From a virus, in the IMG/VR virus record IMGVR_UViG_3300017971_000277, positions 1 through 64,000 of that record: 64,000 bases of DNA; one strand, written 5' to 3'. The translations under genes were made by a program, and so were the position numbers. The notes beneath the pieces are model-generated. The model did no database searches. It had not been told where the DNA came from and saw only the letters and a program-made list of their open reading frames with translations. Positions 44,790 to 53,946 of the stretch are shown here, piece after piece. The number at the start of each line of letters is the position of its first letter. Position 1 is the first letter of the stretch.

Positions 44790-45781
44790 CAGATGAACTT
44801 GATCTCGTCGGGAAGCGTGCCCTTGCGCTCAGCCTCCCAGTAGTTGCGAATCACCCGGTTCGGCGAATCCTCGTTGGGCTCCATGAGGAAGCGCGGGTCG
44901 GTATTTGCTCTCTCCTCATTCTCTTCAGGTGTGTGGAAAGCTGGAACGTAGATCCCAATGCCGTGTTTGCACCAAGGATGGAACGGAGGACCACCGTTCG
45001 GAAGAGCAGCCAGCGGTGGGAAGACCGGATCGCTCCCGCTGATCGAGTAGACGCGTCCGCGGTAAGCGTCGCAGTAGTCACCTACCGTGCTCGGGTTGAC
45101 GGTGACGCGGACGAGGTCAAACCCTGCCTGCTTCGCCCGCTCGAGCGTGGCAACGGACCTAGCCTGAGCCTTCACGTTCTGAGCCACCATGCCCGCGTAG
45201 AAGTCCAGCGGGAAGAACATGCGCCTGCCGTTCTTGGCGAGAACCGAGACGACCCCGTCCTCGAACCGCTCCCGGAGCAGACCTTGGATCCTGCTCCGGA
45301 TGCGGAAGTCCTCCTCAAGTGCGCTAAGTCCAACACCCACTTCGGCTTGTGCCTTCTGAGCAAGGTCCGGGAACTCCTGCTCGAGTGCCAGACCCCTGAA
45401 GATCCGCTGCGCCAGGGTAGCGATCGACTCACGTCCCTTCGCCAGATTGCCCGTCAGGCTGTCAGCGAGCGCCCGTACGGCGCGCTCATCGATCGGTGCG
45501 AAGAGAGTGGTGGAAGTCGCTCCCGCGGCCTGTAGGACGCTCACAGCTTCCGCGCTCGCCTCGTCCACGAACTGCCGCACGTAGGTAGCGCTCCAGGCGT
45601 CCGTCTCCTTCTCCAGACGGCTAAGGATCTCAAGCACTTGCTGGAAAAGGAGTAAGCGCTGCGCACCCCTGTCTTCCGTCAGCAAGTTGCTCAAACGGCG
45701 TCTCAGGATGTCTGCCCCATTTAGGTAGATCGCGACCAGAAGGTCCAGGCGCTCATCGTCTAGGGGCGGAATCTCAGCCAC
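44789..45781 (-). CDS. minor capsid / head morphogenesis protein (SPP1 gp7-like)
   Basis: NGRR.F.LD.YA.M, C..YRGRVYS, PPFHPWCKH motifs. Confidence 0.8.
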   Translation of the reverse strand: MAEIPPLDDERLDLLVAIYLNGADILRRRLSNLLTEDRGAQRLLLFQQVLEILSRLEKETDAWSATYVRQFVDEASAEAVSVLQAAGATSTTLFAPIDERAVRALADSLTGNLAKGRESIATLAQRIFRGLALEQEFPDLAQKAQAEVGVGLSALEEDFRIRSRIQGLLRERFEDGVVSVLAKNGRRMFFPLDFYAGMVAQNVKAQARSVATLERAKQAGFDLVRVTVNPSTVGDYCDAYRGRVYSISGSDPVFPPLAALPNGGPPFHPWCKHGIGIYVPAFHTPEENEERANTDPRFLMEPNEDSPNRVIRNYWEAERKGTLPDEIKFI

Positions 45782-45789
45782 GGGCAGAC

Positions 45790-46158
45790 CTACGTGGACA
45801 GGTCGAGGTCGAGCCGCACCCGTAGAAAGCGGGTCCCGTGGAACGGGTCGTTGTAGGCAACGATCTCATCGATCCGCCCACCCTCGAGCAGCGCATTCCC
45901 AAACTGATCCACTACGTTGCGGATCTCGTCTCCCTGCCGCGGGACAGACGAGCTAGGGATGCAGGCGAAGTGGCGGATGCTCGTGTCCATCGCTGGCGCG
46001 GAGATGAGCGTCTGATCCTGCTCTTGGTAGAGCACAAGGTTGATGGTCGTGATCGAGGTGATCGAGGTGTCTCCGTAGCTAGAGCGCACCCGTCTCCCAA
46101 GCTGTCCGACCTGGGTGAAGTACTTGTCGTTCTGGATCAGTCCGCGGTTTCGGCTCAT
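45790..46158 (-). CDS. putative head closure protein
   Basis: 122 aa following the head-tail adaptor. Confidence 0.55.
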   Translation of the reverse strand: MSRNRGLIQNDKYFTQVGQLGRRVRSSYGDTSITSITTINLVLYQEQDQTLISAPAMDTSIRHFACIPSSSVPRQGDEIRNVVDQFGNALLEGGRIDEIVAYNDPFHGTRFLRVRLDLDLST

Positions 46159-46691
46159 GCGCGGTAGATCCTACGCCCAACCATCCACTCTTGGAGAAGC
46201 TGAAGAGCTTCGTGGCTGAAACGTGCGCTCGAGACGCGGGCGTGCTTGCCATACTGGACGAACTCACGGATCGGCCCGACCGACTCGCTGATCGAGACGA
46301 TCCCGTTCTGGATGTTCTCCGCGTCCTTGTTCCGCCCACCATTGCGAGCGATGTAGTTCGCCTGCTGAGCGCACGCTTCCTGCACCGTCTCGCGCATCCG
46401 CTTCTGGACAACGTCCTGGGTAAGCGTCTCGGTGGAGGCCCGGTCGTAGGGGAAGGCCGAGCGAATCTGCCGCGGAAACTCGAGACGCTGTTCGTAGTAG
46501 TAGCGAGTTCCCAGGTAGGTCCTGCTGTCGATGTCCCGGCTAGCCTGAATGAGCGCAGCCTGCTTCTGCGCGCTGGTCAGAGCGATCCACGCAGCGTTGT
46601 CGATGATCGCAGTGCGGATGAAGGAGTTCGCCTGGGTCACGTCGATGTAGCTGTTGGAGTCGGGTCCTCCGTAAGAAGCGATGAGGGTCAT
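46155..46691 (-). CDS. head-tail adaptor (phage DnaT-like family)
   Basis: SNSYIDV..AN, ALIQASRDID, QRLEFPR, ESVGPI motifs. Confidence 0.75.
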   Translation of the reverse strand: MTLIASYGGPDSNSYIDVTQANSFIRTAIIDNAAWIALTSAQKQAALIQASRDIDSRTYLGTRYYYEQRLEFPRQIRSAFPYDRASTETLTQDVVQKRMRETVQEACAQQANYIARNGGRNKDAENIQNGIVSISESVGPIREFVQYGKHARVSSARFSHEALQLLQEWMVGRRIYRA

Positions 46692-46700
46692 GCTGCGCTC

Positions 46701-47033
46701 CTATGCGAACGGGGTGCAGATGTTGGAGAACACCTCGAACTCCCGCACCGCGGAGTGGAAGATCGAACCGTTGGGGAAGGAGATCACGCCTTGCCAGGAC
46801 CACCCGCCGACCTCATCGATGTCGTTGGCGACGGTCGTGTACTGGATCAACCCGTCCGTCCCGACATTGGTGAACGTCGCGACCGCGGTCAGGACTTCCT
46901 GGCTTGGCTTCAAGAAGCAGATCGCGAGACTGGTAGCCGTGCTGACATCGACAGGCGTGCCGCAGTCGGTTAGCTCGAGACGGAACACGGTCCCGATGTC
47001 GAACTGGTGGATTTCCTGATCGCAGCTTGCCAT
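46701..47033 (-). CDS. BppU N-terminal-like virion protein
   Basis: DIGT.F...PVDVSTA...KPS...DGLIQY...DIDEVG.W pattern. Confidence 0.65.
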   Translation of the reverse strand: MASCDQEIHQFDIGTVFRLELTDCGTPVDVSTATSLAICFLKPSQEVLTAVATFTNVGTDGLIQYTTVANDIDEVGGWSWQGVISFPNGSIFHSAVREFEVFSNICTPFA

Positions 47034-47387
47034 TTACCGCTCCGTCTCTCGCTCGTAGACCAGGGTCAGAGAAGACGCCTGCTCCTCAGTCCGCGCGACC
47101 GGGGCGTTGACTTGCTTCAGGATCGCCACCGGAACCTGCTCAAACACTACCTCTGCCACTACAATCGACTCCTGAGCCTCTCGCGCGATGCTAACACTTG
47201 CTGCCTGCTGCCGAGCGAGTGGTTCAATCGAGACGACAAGCCGTGAGATTTCGGCCTGAGCGGTAGACACTCTGGCGATTGGGACAGACTCAAAGACAAT
47301 CTCGGGCTGTGGAGGAGCGAGAGTAAGCGCGTCCAACCCAGCGAAGATGAACTGGAGTCGGAGGATGTCTCTGACCGCTCCGGCCAC
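47034..47387 (-). CDS. hypothetical virion protein with short (V/I)ARx repeats
   Basis: 117 aa in the structural block. Confidence 0.55.
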   Translation of the reverse strand: MAGAVRDILRLQFIFAGLDALTLAPPQPEIVFESVPIARVSTAQAEISRLVVSIEPLARQQAASVSIAREAQESIVVAEVVFEQVPVAILKQVNAPVARTEEQASSLTLVYERETER

Positions 47388-47390
47388 AGG

Positions 47391-47969
47391 CTAGTCCGTG
47401 TTGGCTTCAACGATCGGCTCAGCGTTGGGGTTCGTCGTAAGCGACTGCTCGTAGCTGACGGTCGTGTCGTCGGTTTCATAGACCTCGAGCTTGGTCCCAT
47501 CGACCCGAACTCGGTTGGTGAGCTTCTGAATTGCGCCGCCAAGACTACGTTCGGTCGGAAGGCTCTCCGCGTCCGCGAGGTTGCGCTGTAGAAGATCCTT
47601 GTTCTGGTCGTAGACGCTAGTCCGCAGCAAGATCGTGTCGATCGTCGTCCCGCTCACCGCACCGCTGACGATGTATTCAGCGCTGAGGTAGTTCGTAGCA
47701 GCAGGTAGGTTCGTGATCGAACCGATGTCCAACCCACCAGACAGCACGTAGAGTCCGTCGCCGAGATCCAGCAGAGACGCTTGCTTCGTCGTCCACCCGG
47801 AAGTCTTGAACGTGCTATCCGCAAAGTCGAGATAGCTGTCTGGAGTAGACGCGTCTCGAATCTGCAAGACGCACGTCAATCCAGCGACCCCACCGTCCGA
47901 CGCTCGAGTAACGGCGAGCGTCAGCGGAAGAGCAGACTCGTCCCGTTCTGCCTGGATGGTGACACTCAC
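47391..47969 (-). CDS. hypothetical virion protein
   Basis: 192 aa, beta-rich, structural context. Confidence 0.6.
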   Translation of the reverse strand: MSVTIQAERDESALPLTLAVTRASDGGVAGLTCVLQIRDASTPDSYLDFADSTFKTSGWTTKQASLLDLGDGLYVLSGGLDIGSITNLPAATNYLSAEYIVSGAVSGTTIDTILLRTSVYDQNKDLLQRNLADAESLPTERSLGGAIQKLTNRVRVDGTKLEVYETDDTTVSYEQSLTTNPNAEPIVEANTD

Positions 47970-47971
47970 GG

Positions 47972-48271
47972 CTAGATCTTGAACTCTCCCTTGTGAACCT
48001 TGGCGAGCACAGGAATCAGAGCCTTCAGGACCGACGCCGCGACGGGGTCGATGACCGAGTCCGGTCCCCAGAAGTCCGTGTTCTCGAGGACGTAGTCGAT
48101 CAGCATCTCAGCCGTCTCGTGCTTCTCCTCGTTGGTCATCTCATCGACCTGACCAGTGATCTCCATGACCATCGGCGTGATAAGGACGATGTCCGACCAC
48201 TGGAAACCATCGTCCAGCGTCGCGATGACCTTCTCGCCGTACTCACGGATCTGTTGGGGGGTGAACTTCAT
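47972..48271 (-). CDS. hypothetical helical protein
   Basis: ATG 48271 with AGGAGG SD. Confidence 0.65.
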   Translation of the reverse strand: MKFTPQQIREYGEKVIATLDDGFQWSDIVLITPMVMEITGQVDEMTNEEKHETAEMLIDYVLENTDFWGPDSVIDPVAASVLKALIPVLAKVHKGEFKI

Positions 48272-48686
48272 GCTCTTCCTCCTGCGGCATTCCTTGCGGC
48301 CAGTATCGGGCACCAACAAAGAATCCGACCACGAGCGCTACGAGGTTAGCGTAGTCGAAGCCAGGCATCTCGACAGATTGATTCGCCAAGTCGCGCAGTA
48401 GCACGGCTACTGTCGCGGGGACGACAACCGAAAAGAAGATCCGCCGCCGCTCTTCTTTCGATTTACGTTGTTCTGCGGGTTGGTTCCAGAACAGATGTCC
48501 GACCACGATGCCAAACACGAACGGGATCGAATACCAAGCGTGGCTCAGGTCACGAAAGATCTCGCTGATCGTGTCGCCCTCGACATCGTTGTGGGCGACG
48601 TAGACATCCCACAACGCTCCGACGCTGAAGAAGATCACCAGAAACGCGGAGGTGATCCTTCGCAGCCCTAGTGCCTTCTCGTTCAT
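48243..48686 (-). CDS. multi-pass membrane protein (holin candidate)
   Basis: Four hydrophobic segments in 147 aa. Confidence 0.55.
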   Translation of the reverse strand: MNEKALGLRRITSAFLVIFFSVGALWDVYVAHNDVEGDTISEIFRDLSHAWYSIPFVFGIVVGHLFWNQPAEQRKSKEERRRIFFSVVVPATVAVLLRDLANQSVEMPGFDYANLVALVVGFFVGARYWPQGMPQEEEHEVHPPTDP

Positions 48687-48693
48687 AGCTTGC

Positions 48694-49461
48694 CTACCGG
48701 GTCTTGACCCTTGCAGTGTAGAGAAGAATCCGGCACTGCGTAGGGGTCGCTTCTGGACCCTTCTTCAACGTGAATCGCCAGAGCCAGTGAGGCAACACCT
48801 TCTTGCCTTGGATGCCCGCGGCTGGCGTGACCTCCCCGTCCTTGACGGGATACTTGTTCGCTTGGCGAACAGCGACGATCTCGACCGCAAACAAGTGGTA
48901 GGCACCATCCTGATTCGGAGCCGGAGTGATGGACGGGTTCTGGGTCGGATCCCAATTCCAAAAGCCGGTATTGTCTTCCGCAGCCGGGACCGGGCAGAGG
49001 TTCTGATTGATCGTCCCGACTTCCAAGGTCGAGCCGTCCACCGTGAAGTCACCGTTTTCTGCTGGATAGAAGAACCCTAGCTCTGGATGGAGCGATGCGT
49101 TGCCGACACCAGGGGTGCTAGCAGGAGCGCTGGCGGGGAAGACGGTGTCCAGCGAAACCTCGTCGTTGACGCTGCTCGCCCACGCGCAGATCCGCCCACC
49201 CAGGATGTAGACGTAGTCGTGAAATCGCCCTTCGATCACGACCACGTCGTCGGGCGTGGACGTGTTAAAGATGATGGCGCCGCCTTCCCCGATCTCCTGG
49301 GACTGGTCGTCCTGATCGAAGCGCGAGGTTCCGTAGAACAAGTGCCCTGGCGGGACGACGCTCGGTTGGAAGATTGGAGTCTTGCGTGTCGTCTGTGGGA
49401 AGTTCGCGAGCGTCTCGTCCTCGTTGACGATGTAGGTCTTGACCTCGGGCTGGATCGGCAT
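48694..49461 (-). CDS. hypothetical virion protein
   Basis: 255 aa in the post-capsid block. Confidence 0.6.
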   Translation of the reverse strand: MPIQPEVKTYIVNEDETLANFPQTTRKTPIFQPSVVPPGHLFYGTSRFDQDDQSQEIGEGGAIIFNTSTPDDVVVIEGRFHDYVYILGGRICAWASSVNDEVSLDTVFPASAPASTPGVGNASLHPELGFFYPAENGDFTVDGSTLEVGTINQNLCPVPAAEDNTGFWNWDPTQNPSITPAPNQDGAYHLFAVEIVAVRQANKYPVKDGEVTPAAGIQGKKVLPHWLWRFTLKKGPEATPTQCRILLYTARVKTR

Positions 49462-49463
49462 AT

Positions 49464-50174
49464 CTACTCCGTAGCCGCTGCGAACGCGATGGCGCTGGCT
49501 GGGTTGGTCAGGCTGCCTGCCGTCGCGGGCAGGGTCGCCCCGGCAACGCTCTGCCTACGAACCGGCGCGTAGTTCTCGCGGTAGACCGCGCCGGTCACGA
49601 TCAGCTTGAGCGACGCGCTGTCCACCACGATGGCGACCCAGTAGAAGCCGGACTCTGGAACCGTGTAGGTTGATGTTAGGGGTAGGCTAAAGTAGGTTCC
49701 GTCAGGGACGCCCCCGGTTGGCGTCGAGTTACTCTGGGCAAGCCGATTGACGGGGTCGCCCTGAGTGTCGCCTGGATCTGCTTGGTCGTAGAGGCCGACG
49801 CGGATCGACCGGTTGGCGTTGCCGCCCGAGTCCACGAAGACTTCGACGGCGCTGATCTGGAGGCCCGCGAGCAAAAAGATTCGTGTATATTGGATCTCGC
49901 CCGAGGGCAGGCCACCCGCTATCGAGTAGCCGAGGCTCGTGCCCAGGAGGTAGAGTCCTGGGCTGTCGGTGTTGTCGATGGTGTTAGTTGTTTGCACCCA
50001 GACAGCTGCACCGTTTGTGCTATCTGCGCAGACAAAGACACGTCGCGGTGACGCGCCGTTATTCAACCAAAGAGCACCAACCTCGTAACCAGCTGCGAAG
50101 TCGTCACTTGACGTAGGATCGACTGTCGTGATTCGGTTGAATCTAACAGTCTGTTCTCCACGAATATCAGACAT
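49464..50174 (-). CDS. putative head fibre/decoration protein
   Basis: DPTSSDD..AGYEVGALWLN...VFVCADST.GAAVW fibre-like motif. Confidence 0.6.
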   Translation of the reverse strand: MSDIRGEQTVRFNRITTVDPTSSDDFAAGYEVGALWLNNGASPRRVFVCADSTNGAAVWVQTTNTIDNTDSPGLYLLGTSLGYSIAGGLPSGEIQYTRIFLLAGLQISAVEVFVDSGGNANRSIRVGLYDQADPGDTQGDPVNRLAQSNSTPTGGVPDGTYFSLPLTSTYTVPESGFYWVAIVVDSASLKLIVTGAVYRENYAPVRRQSVAGATLPATAGSLTNPASAIAFAAATE

Positions 50175-51274
50175 TAGTAGCTACTCGGCATCTCCCAGCT
50201 GGTTCGCTCGCCCACGAACAGGCGCTTGGCGAAGTAGAACTGTGTCGTGCTGACCCAAATGACATCTTGCTGCTTGGATTGCAGGACGCCGTTCCGCCAA
50301 ATCTTGATGCGGTTGTCGTCACGGAAGTCGTTTCCGTTGGCGGGAAGGGCGGGCGTTCCGAACGAGGCAACACCCGTCTGAGCACCCGCAGTCGTGAACA
50401 CGCCAGTCGTGACGTTGACCGGATCGTTCGCTGCTGGACCCAGGATCGCGCCGGGAGCCGAGATGTCGTACTCCCGCCAGGGAAGACGGACGAGTTGCGT
50501 GCCGGGGTCGATCACGTCGGGCAGCGCACCCGCGCCTGCGATCAGACCACCGGGAGGGAGGTTGAACAGGTTCGTGCAGCGGCGGAAGTTGTAGTTGTAG
50601 GTTCCGGCAGGGAGGCTGACCGAGACGACCGCGTTCGTGCCGGGATCGACCTTCACGAAGCTGATCTGAAGGTTCTCGCTCAGAGCAGCCGCGATAGCGG
50701 TTCCGTCACCCGTGCCGTTGATCGTCTGCGCGAGGCCGAAGACCACCGCTCCACCATCCAGCGGAGGATCGTTGGTGGAGTCATCGATGATGTCCACCTT
50801 GTTCAGCACGATGCCACCGGAGTCCACGAGTTGCGTCAGGCCGACACCGAGCGTGCCTGCGACGGTGAAGTTGGGCTCGGGAGCAGCCGCGACACCACCC
50901 GTAGCCGTCGAAGCGGCGAGGACCGCGAGAATCTTCGGAGTGCGGGAAACGAGGCTGGCGTCCACCAGAACACCAGCAGCCGCAGCACCCAGGACGACTT
51001 GCTGGACTGCCGTATCGAAGGGATCGACGTAGAACAGCTTCTTGTCGTGGATCTGCTTGATGCCGAAGTTGTCGAACCCAGCAGCCGCGATGTCTTGGAA
51101 CCAGTCGCCTGACCCCGTTCCGTCGTAGAGACGGTTGATCTGCGACCGCAGGTTGTTGAGATCCCACTCAACGAACGGATCGGTCGCTGGCGGGGTTTCC
51201 ATGCCAGCGCCCGCAGCCTGGGTGTCGGTGTAGAACCGCGAATTGCGGATCTGCTCTTGCTCGATGTCAGACAC
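50174..51274 (-). CDS. putative head decoration protein
   Basis: 366 aa; the C-terminal domain resembles the 51283-51633 product. Confidence 0.55.
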   Translation of the reverse strand: MSDIEQEQIRNSRFYTDTQAAGAGMETPPATDPFVEWDLNNLRSQINRLYDGTGSGDWFQDIAAAGFDNFGIKQIHDKKLFYVDPFDTAVQQVVLGAAAAGVLVDASLVSRTPKILAVLAASTATGGVAAAPEPNFTVAGTLGVGLTQLVDSGGIVLNKVDIIDDSTNDPPLDGGAVVFGLAQTINGTGDGTAIAAALSENLQISFVKVDPGTNAVVSVSLPAGTYNYNFRRCTNLFNLPPGGLIAGAGALPDVIDPGTQLVRLPWREYDISAPGAILGPAANDPVNVTTGVFTTAGAQTGVASFGTPALPANGNDFRDDNRIKIWRNGVLQSKQQDVIWVSTTQFYFAKRLFVGERTSWEMPSSY

Positions 51275-51282
51275 AGGTGCTC

Positions 51283-51633
51283 CTAGTCAATCGGGGCTCT
51301 GATGGTGAGTTTGTTGCCGGAGAAGATCCGCTTCCCTGGCAATCGGACTTGCGTTGTGGACACCCACTCGACTGAGCAAGCATCCGTTCCACCCTTGTCG
51401 AGCAGAACACCGTTGAGGCTTATCTCCGTGCGCGCTTCGTCGTTGAACGCTGCCGCGCTCGGAGAGAGGACGACGTTGGTGTCGCCTTTGACGGTGGCCG
51501 GAGAACCTACCCCGGCGTAGACACCCGTCTGGATGTTGATCGTGGTGTTGGCAGGAAGTGGCGTTGTGGCACCCGCGAAGACGAGCACCACCTCACGTAG
51601 TTCGAATGGAGCATCGACCTCGAGAGTCGCCAC
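51283..51633 (-). CDS. putative head decoration protein
   Basis: 116 aa downstream of the capsid gene; NGVL..K...WVSTTQ motif. Confidence 0.55.
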   Translation of the reverse strand: MATLEVDAPFELREVVLVFAGATTPLPANTTINIQTGVYAGVGSPATVKGDTNVVLSPSAAAFNDEARTEISLNGVLLDKGGTDACSVEWVSTTQVRLPGKRIFSGNKLTIRAPID

Positions 51634-51642
51634 AGCTTAGTC

Positions 51643-51855
51643 CTAGCCGCAAAGCTCGTTGAGCTTGTCCTCGATCAGCTTCGCGTCCTGACACCACCGC
51701 TCGTAGACCCGCATCTTGAAGCGGTGTCGCACGTTCGTCCCGACCATCTCCTTGCGGAGAGTCCGCATCAGGTCACGAATCTCCTCGACCTGTTCGAGAG
51801 GAACAGCCGGGGGCGGCGGGGGCGGAAGAATGGTGTCGGTCATTTCGTTCGGCAT
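51643..51855 (-). CDS. small protein with LPPPPPP motif
   Basis: 70 aa, AGGAGG SD. Confidence 0.65.
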   Translation of the reverse strand: MPNEMTDTILPPPPPPAVPLEQVEEIRDLMRTLRKEMVGTNVRHRFKMRVYERWCQDAKLIEDKLNELCG

Positions 51856-51873
51856 AGAAGCCTCCTAGTGAAT

Positions 51874-51905
51874 GGGGGCTGAGAGCCGAAAAGCCCTCAG
51901 CCCCC
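51874..51905 (-). terminator. GC-rich hairpin after the major capsid gene
   Basis: GGGGGCTGAG...CTCAGCCCCC stem with no U-tract. Confidence 0.6.
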
Positions 51906-51930
51906 GAGTTCGGTCCTAGTCGGTCGAGGT

Positions 51931-53079
51931 CTAGCCGACGAAGAGTTGGCTCATGCCCTCCTCGTTGTGGACCTCGACGGTGTACTCGCCGATGACCATG
52001 CCCTTCTCGGCGTCGCCCGTCCGCGAGACGGACTGGAACTGGAAGGACCGACCGCGCAGCGGGACGACGTGGACGCGCTGGCTGCTGACGATCATCAGCG
52101 AGTTCTGGGGCATCCAGCGACCCAACACGACCTCGAGATCACCGTAGGTGCTCTCGAACATGCTGACGCGCTGGTGGAAGCGCTCGTCGCGGTTCATCAC
52201 CTCGACGCGCGTGTCGTTGAAGCTGTCGATCTGCTGCTTCAGGTTGGCGTCCGCGACGATCACGTCGATGTCGGTGCCACCGTTGTCCCAGGCCAGACGG
52301 ATCGCACTGTTCAGGGCATCGACGGTGAGCCCGCCGACCGAACCGATCGTCGCGATGTTGGTCGCGATCTGAGCCAGGATGCCGTCGAAGGTGCGGTACG
52401 CGGTGCTGCTGCCGAGCGTGTTGCCCGAAGAGCGTCCGCGGATCACTGCCTTCTCGAGATCGCGCAGCGACTCACGGAGACGCTGCGTGCGCTGGTAGTC
52501 CATCTCGTCCGAGATGCCACCAAGCTGCTGGGTCGCCTGCACGGTGCCGCTGACGATCAGATCCTTCTTGAAGATCTGGGTGTAGTTCGTCTTGCGGACG
52601 CGCGGACGGCTGATGTCCGCGACCACGTCGGCACCCTCGAGCGAGGCGTCCGAGATCACGTAGAGCGCGGTGCCCGCGGCGATCGTGGCCGCGGTGGTGC
52701 CGCCGAACTGACGATCGACGGTGATGAAGTCACCGCTCTTGCCGGTGATCTGGAGGTACTCCCCGGTGGACTCCACCTGAAGGACCGCACCGACCTGAAG
52801 GAACTGCGTCACGGCACCCCCGGTGAGGGTGTCCTTCTGAAGCTCGATCGAGGTCGCGCCGGTCGCCGCGGTAGCGAGCGCGGAGGTGGCGACGGTGTTG
52901 GGGTTGAGAGCGTCCTCGAGCCACTCGTGGAGGACGTTGAACGCGGGCCGCGGGGCCTGCGCCATTCGGTCCAGCACGGGGGTTTCGAAAGGCGAAATCA
53001 TGGAGATCACGTCGGAGACATCCTCCGCGATCCCGTCGAAAACGCCCGTGTCATAGACGGCGCGTCCAGTGAAAGCCAT
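51931..53079 (-). CDS. major capsid protein (DUF5309/SU10-like, HK97 fold) with inserted domain
   Basis: EDVSDVI.MISP.ETP, HEWLED.L, NYTQIF.K...VSGT, RDLEKA and GEYT motifs. Confidence 0.9.
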   Translation of the reverse strand: MAFTGRAVYDTGVFDGIAEDVSDVISMISPFETPVLDRMAQAPRPAFNVLHEWLEDALNPNTVATSALATAATGATSIELQKDTLTGGAVTQFLQVGAVLQVESTGEYLQITGKSGDFITVDRQFGGTTAATIAAGTALYVISDASLEGADVVADISRPRVRKTNYTQIFKKDLIVSGTVQATQQLGGISDEMDYQRTQRLRESLRDLEKAVIRGRSSGNTLGSSTAYRTFDGILAQIATNIATIGSVGGLTVDALNSAIRLAWDNGGTDIDVIVADANLKQQIDSFNDTRVEVMNRDERFHQRVSMFESTYGDLEVVLGRWMPQNSLMIVSSQRVHVVPLRGRSFQFQSVSRTGDAEKGMVIGEYTVEVHNEEGMSQLFVG

Positions 53080-53113
53080 ATCCGATTCTCTTTCTTCTGC
53101 GCGCCGACTGGCG

Positions 53114-53929
53114 CTACTTCATGGAGTTGAGCTTCTGCTCCAGGCTGCTCACCAACCGCTTCTGGCGGTTGTATTCCTGCAAAGCCGCGCCGCTGTTCGT
53201 GCGGCTGACCTTCTGCTTGATCTGCTCGAGCTTCGCGCGCTCGCGCTCCAAGTCCTTCTGGACCGCAGCGCGGCGGGGAGGCGCACCATTCGTGGTGCCG
53301 GCGCCTCCGCGGCTCGTCTTGGGGCTACGGAAGATGTCCAGCATCTCCTCAGCAACGCCCTCGTGGATGGGGACGAAGTTCCCACCCTTGGTCTTGTAGT
53401 ACCACTCCCCGTCGATGTCGTCCCACTCGATGTTGTGGAGGAAGTGGCGGGTCGCCGGGACCTTCGCCTTCTCGGCGACGCCCGCAAGTTGAAGCGCTTC
53501 GGAGAGCAGACGGTCACGCTCGACGGTGCGACGCTTCTTGCGCTCTTGGGTGGCCTCGCTCGTGAGGAGTTCGATCTGCTCCTTGAGGTTCTGGACCTCT
53601 CGCTCGTGCCGCTTCTGGAGAAGCTCGAGTTGACCCGCGACGTTGGGGTCACCGATCGCACCCGGATTCGGCTCCGGGTCGGGAGCGGGCTGGCTAAGGT
53701 TGGAGATCTTCTCCTCGAGAGCAGCCATCCGCTGCTCCTGCTCCTTCAGCTTCCGCTCGTAGGAACGACGAAGAGCGGCCTCTCGCCGGTTCGCCTCCTT
53801 CTCGGTGATGGTCGGCTCCGCAGGCTCCGGGGGCGGAGGGGGCGGAGCGGTGCCAGTAGCGGACGAGCCTTCGCCGCCAGGGTCGTCAGGCGACATCAGC
53901 CGCCAAATCAGGATGCTCTTCAGAAACAT
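53114..53929 (-). CDS. capsid scaffolding protein
   Basis: Coiled-coil, charged protein between portal and capsid genes. Confidence 0.75.
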   Translation of the reverse strand: MFLKSILIWRLMSPDDPGGEGSSATGTAPPPPPPEPAEPTITEKEANRREAALRRSYERKLKEQEQRMAALEEKISNLSQPAPDPEPNPGAIGDPNVAGQLELLQKRHEREVQNLKEQIELLTSEATQERKKRRTVERDRLLSEALQLAGVAEKAKVPATRHFLHNIEWDDIDGEWYYKTKGGNFVPIHEGVAEEMLDIFRSPKTSRGGAGTTNGAPPRRAAVQKDLERERAKLEQIKQKVSRTNSGAALQEYNRQKRLVSSLEQKLNSMK

Positions 53930-53946
53930 GATCTTCTCCCCGCGCT

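Noticed and set aside
51946-53130. 394-aa + strand ORF opposite the capsid gene (likewise 42011-43363, 39756-40940, 29291-30355, 16124-17053)
   Set aside because: Antisense shadows of GC-biased genes with no recognisable motifs.
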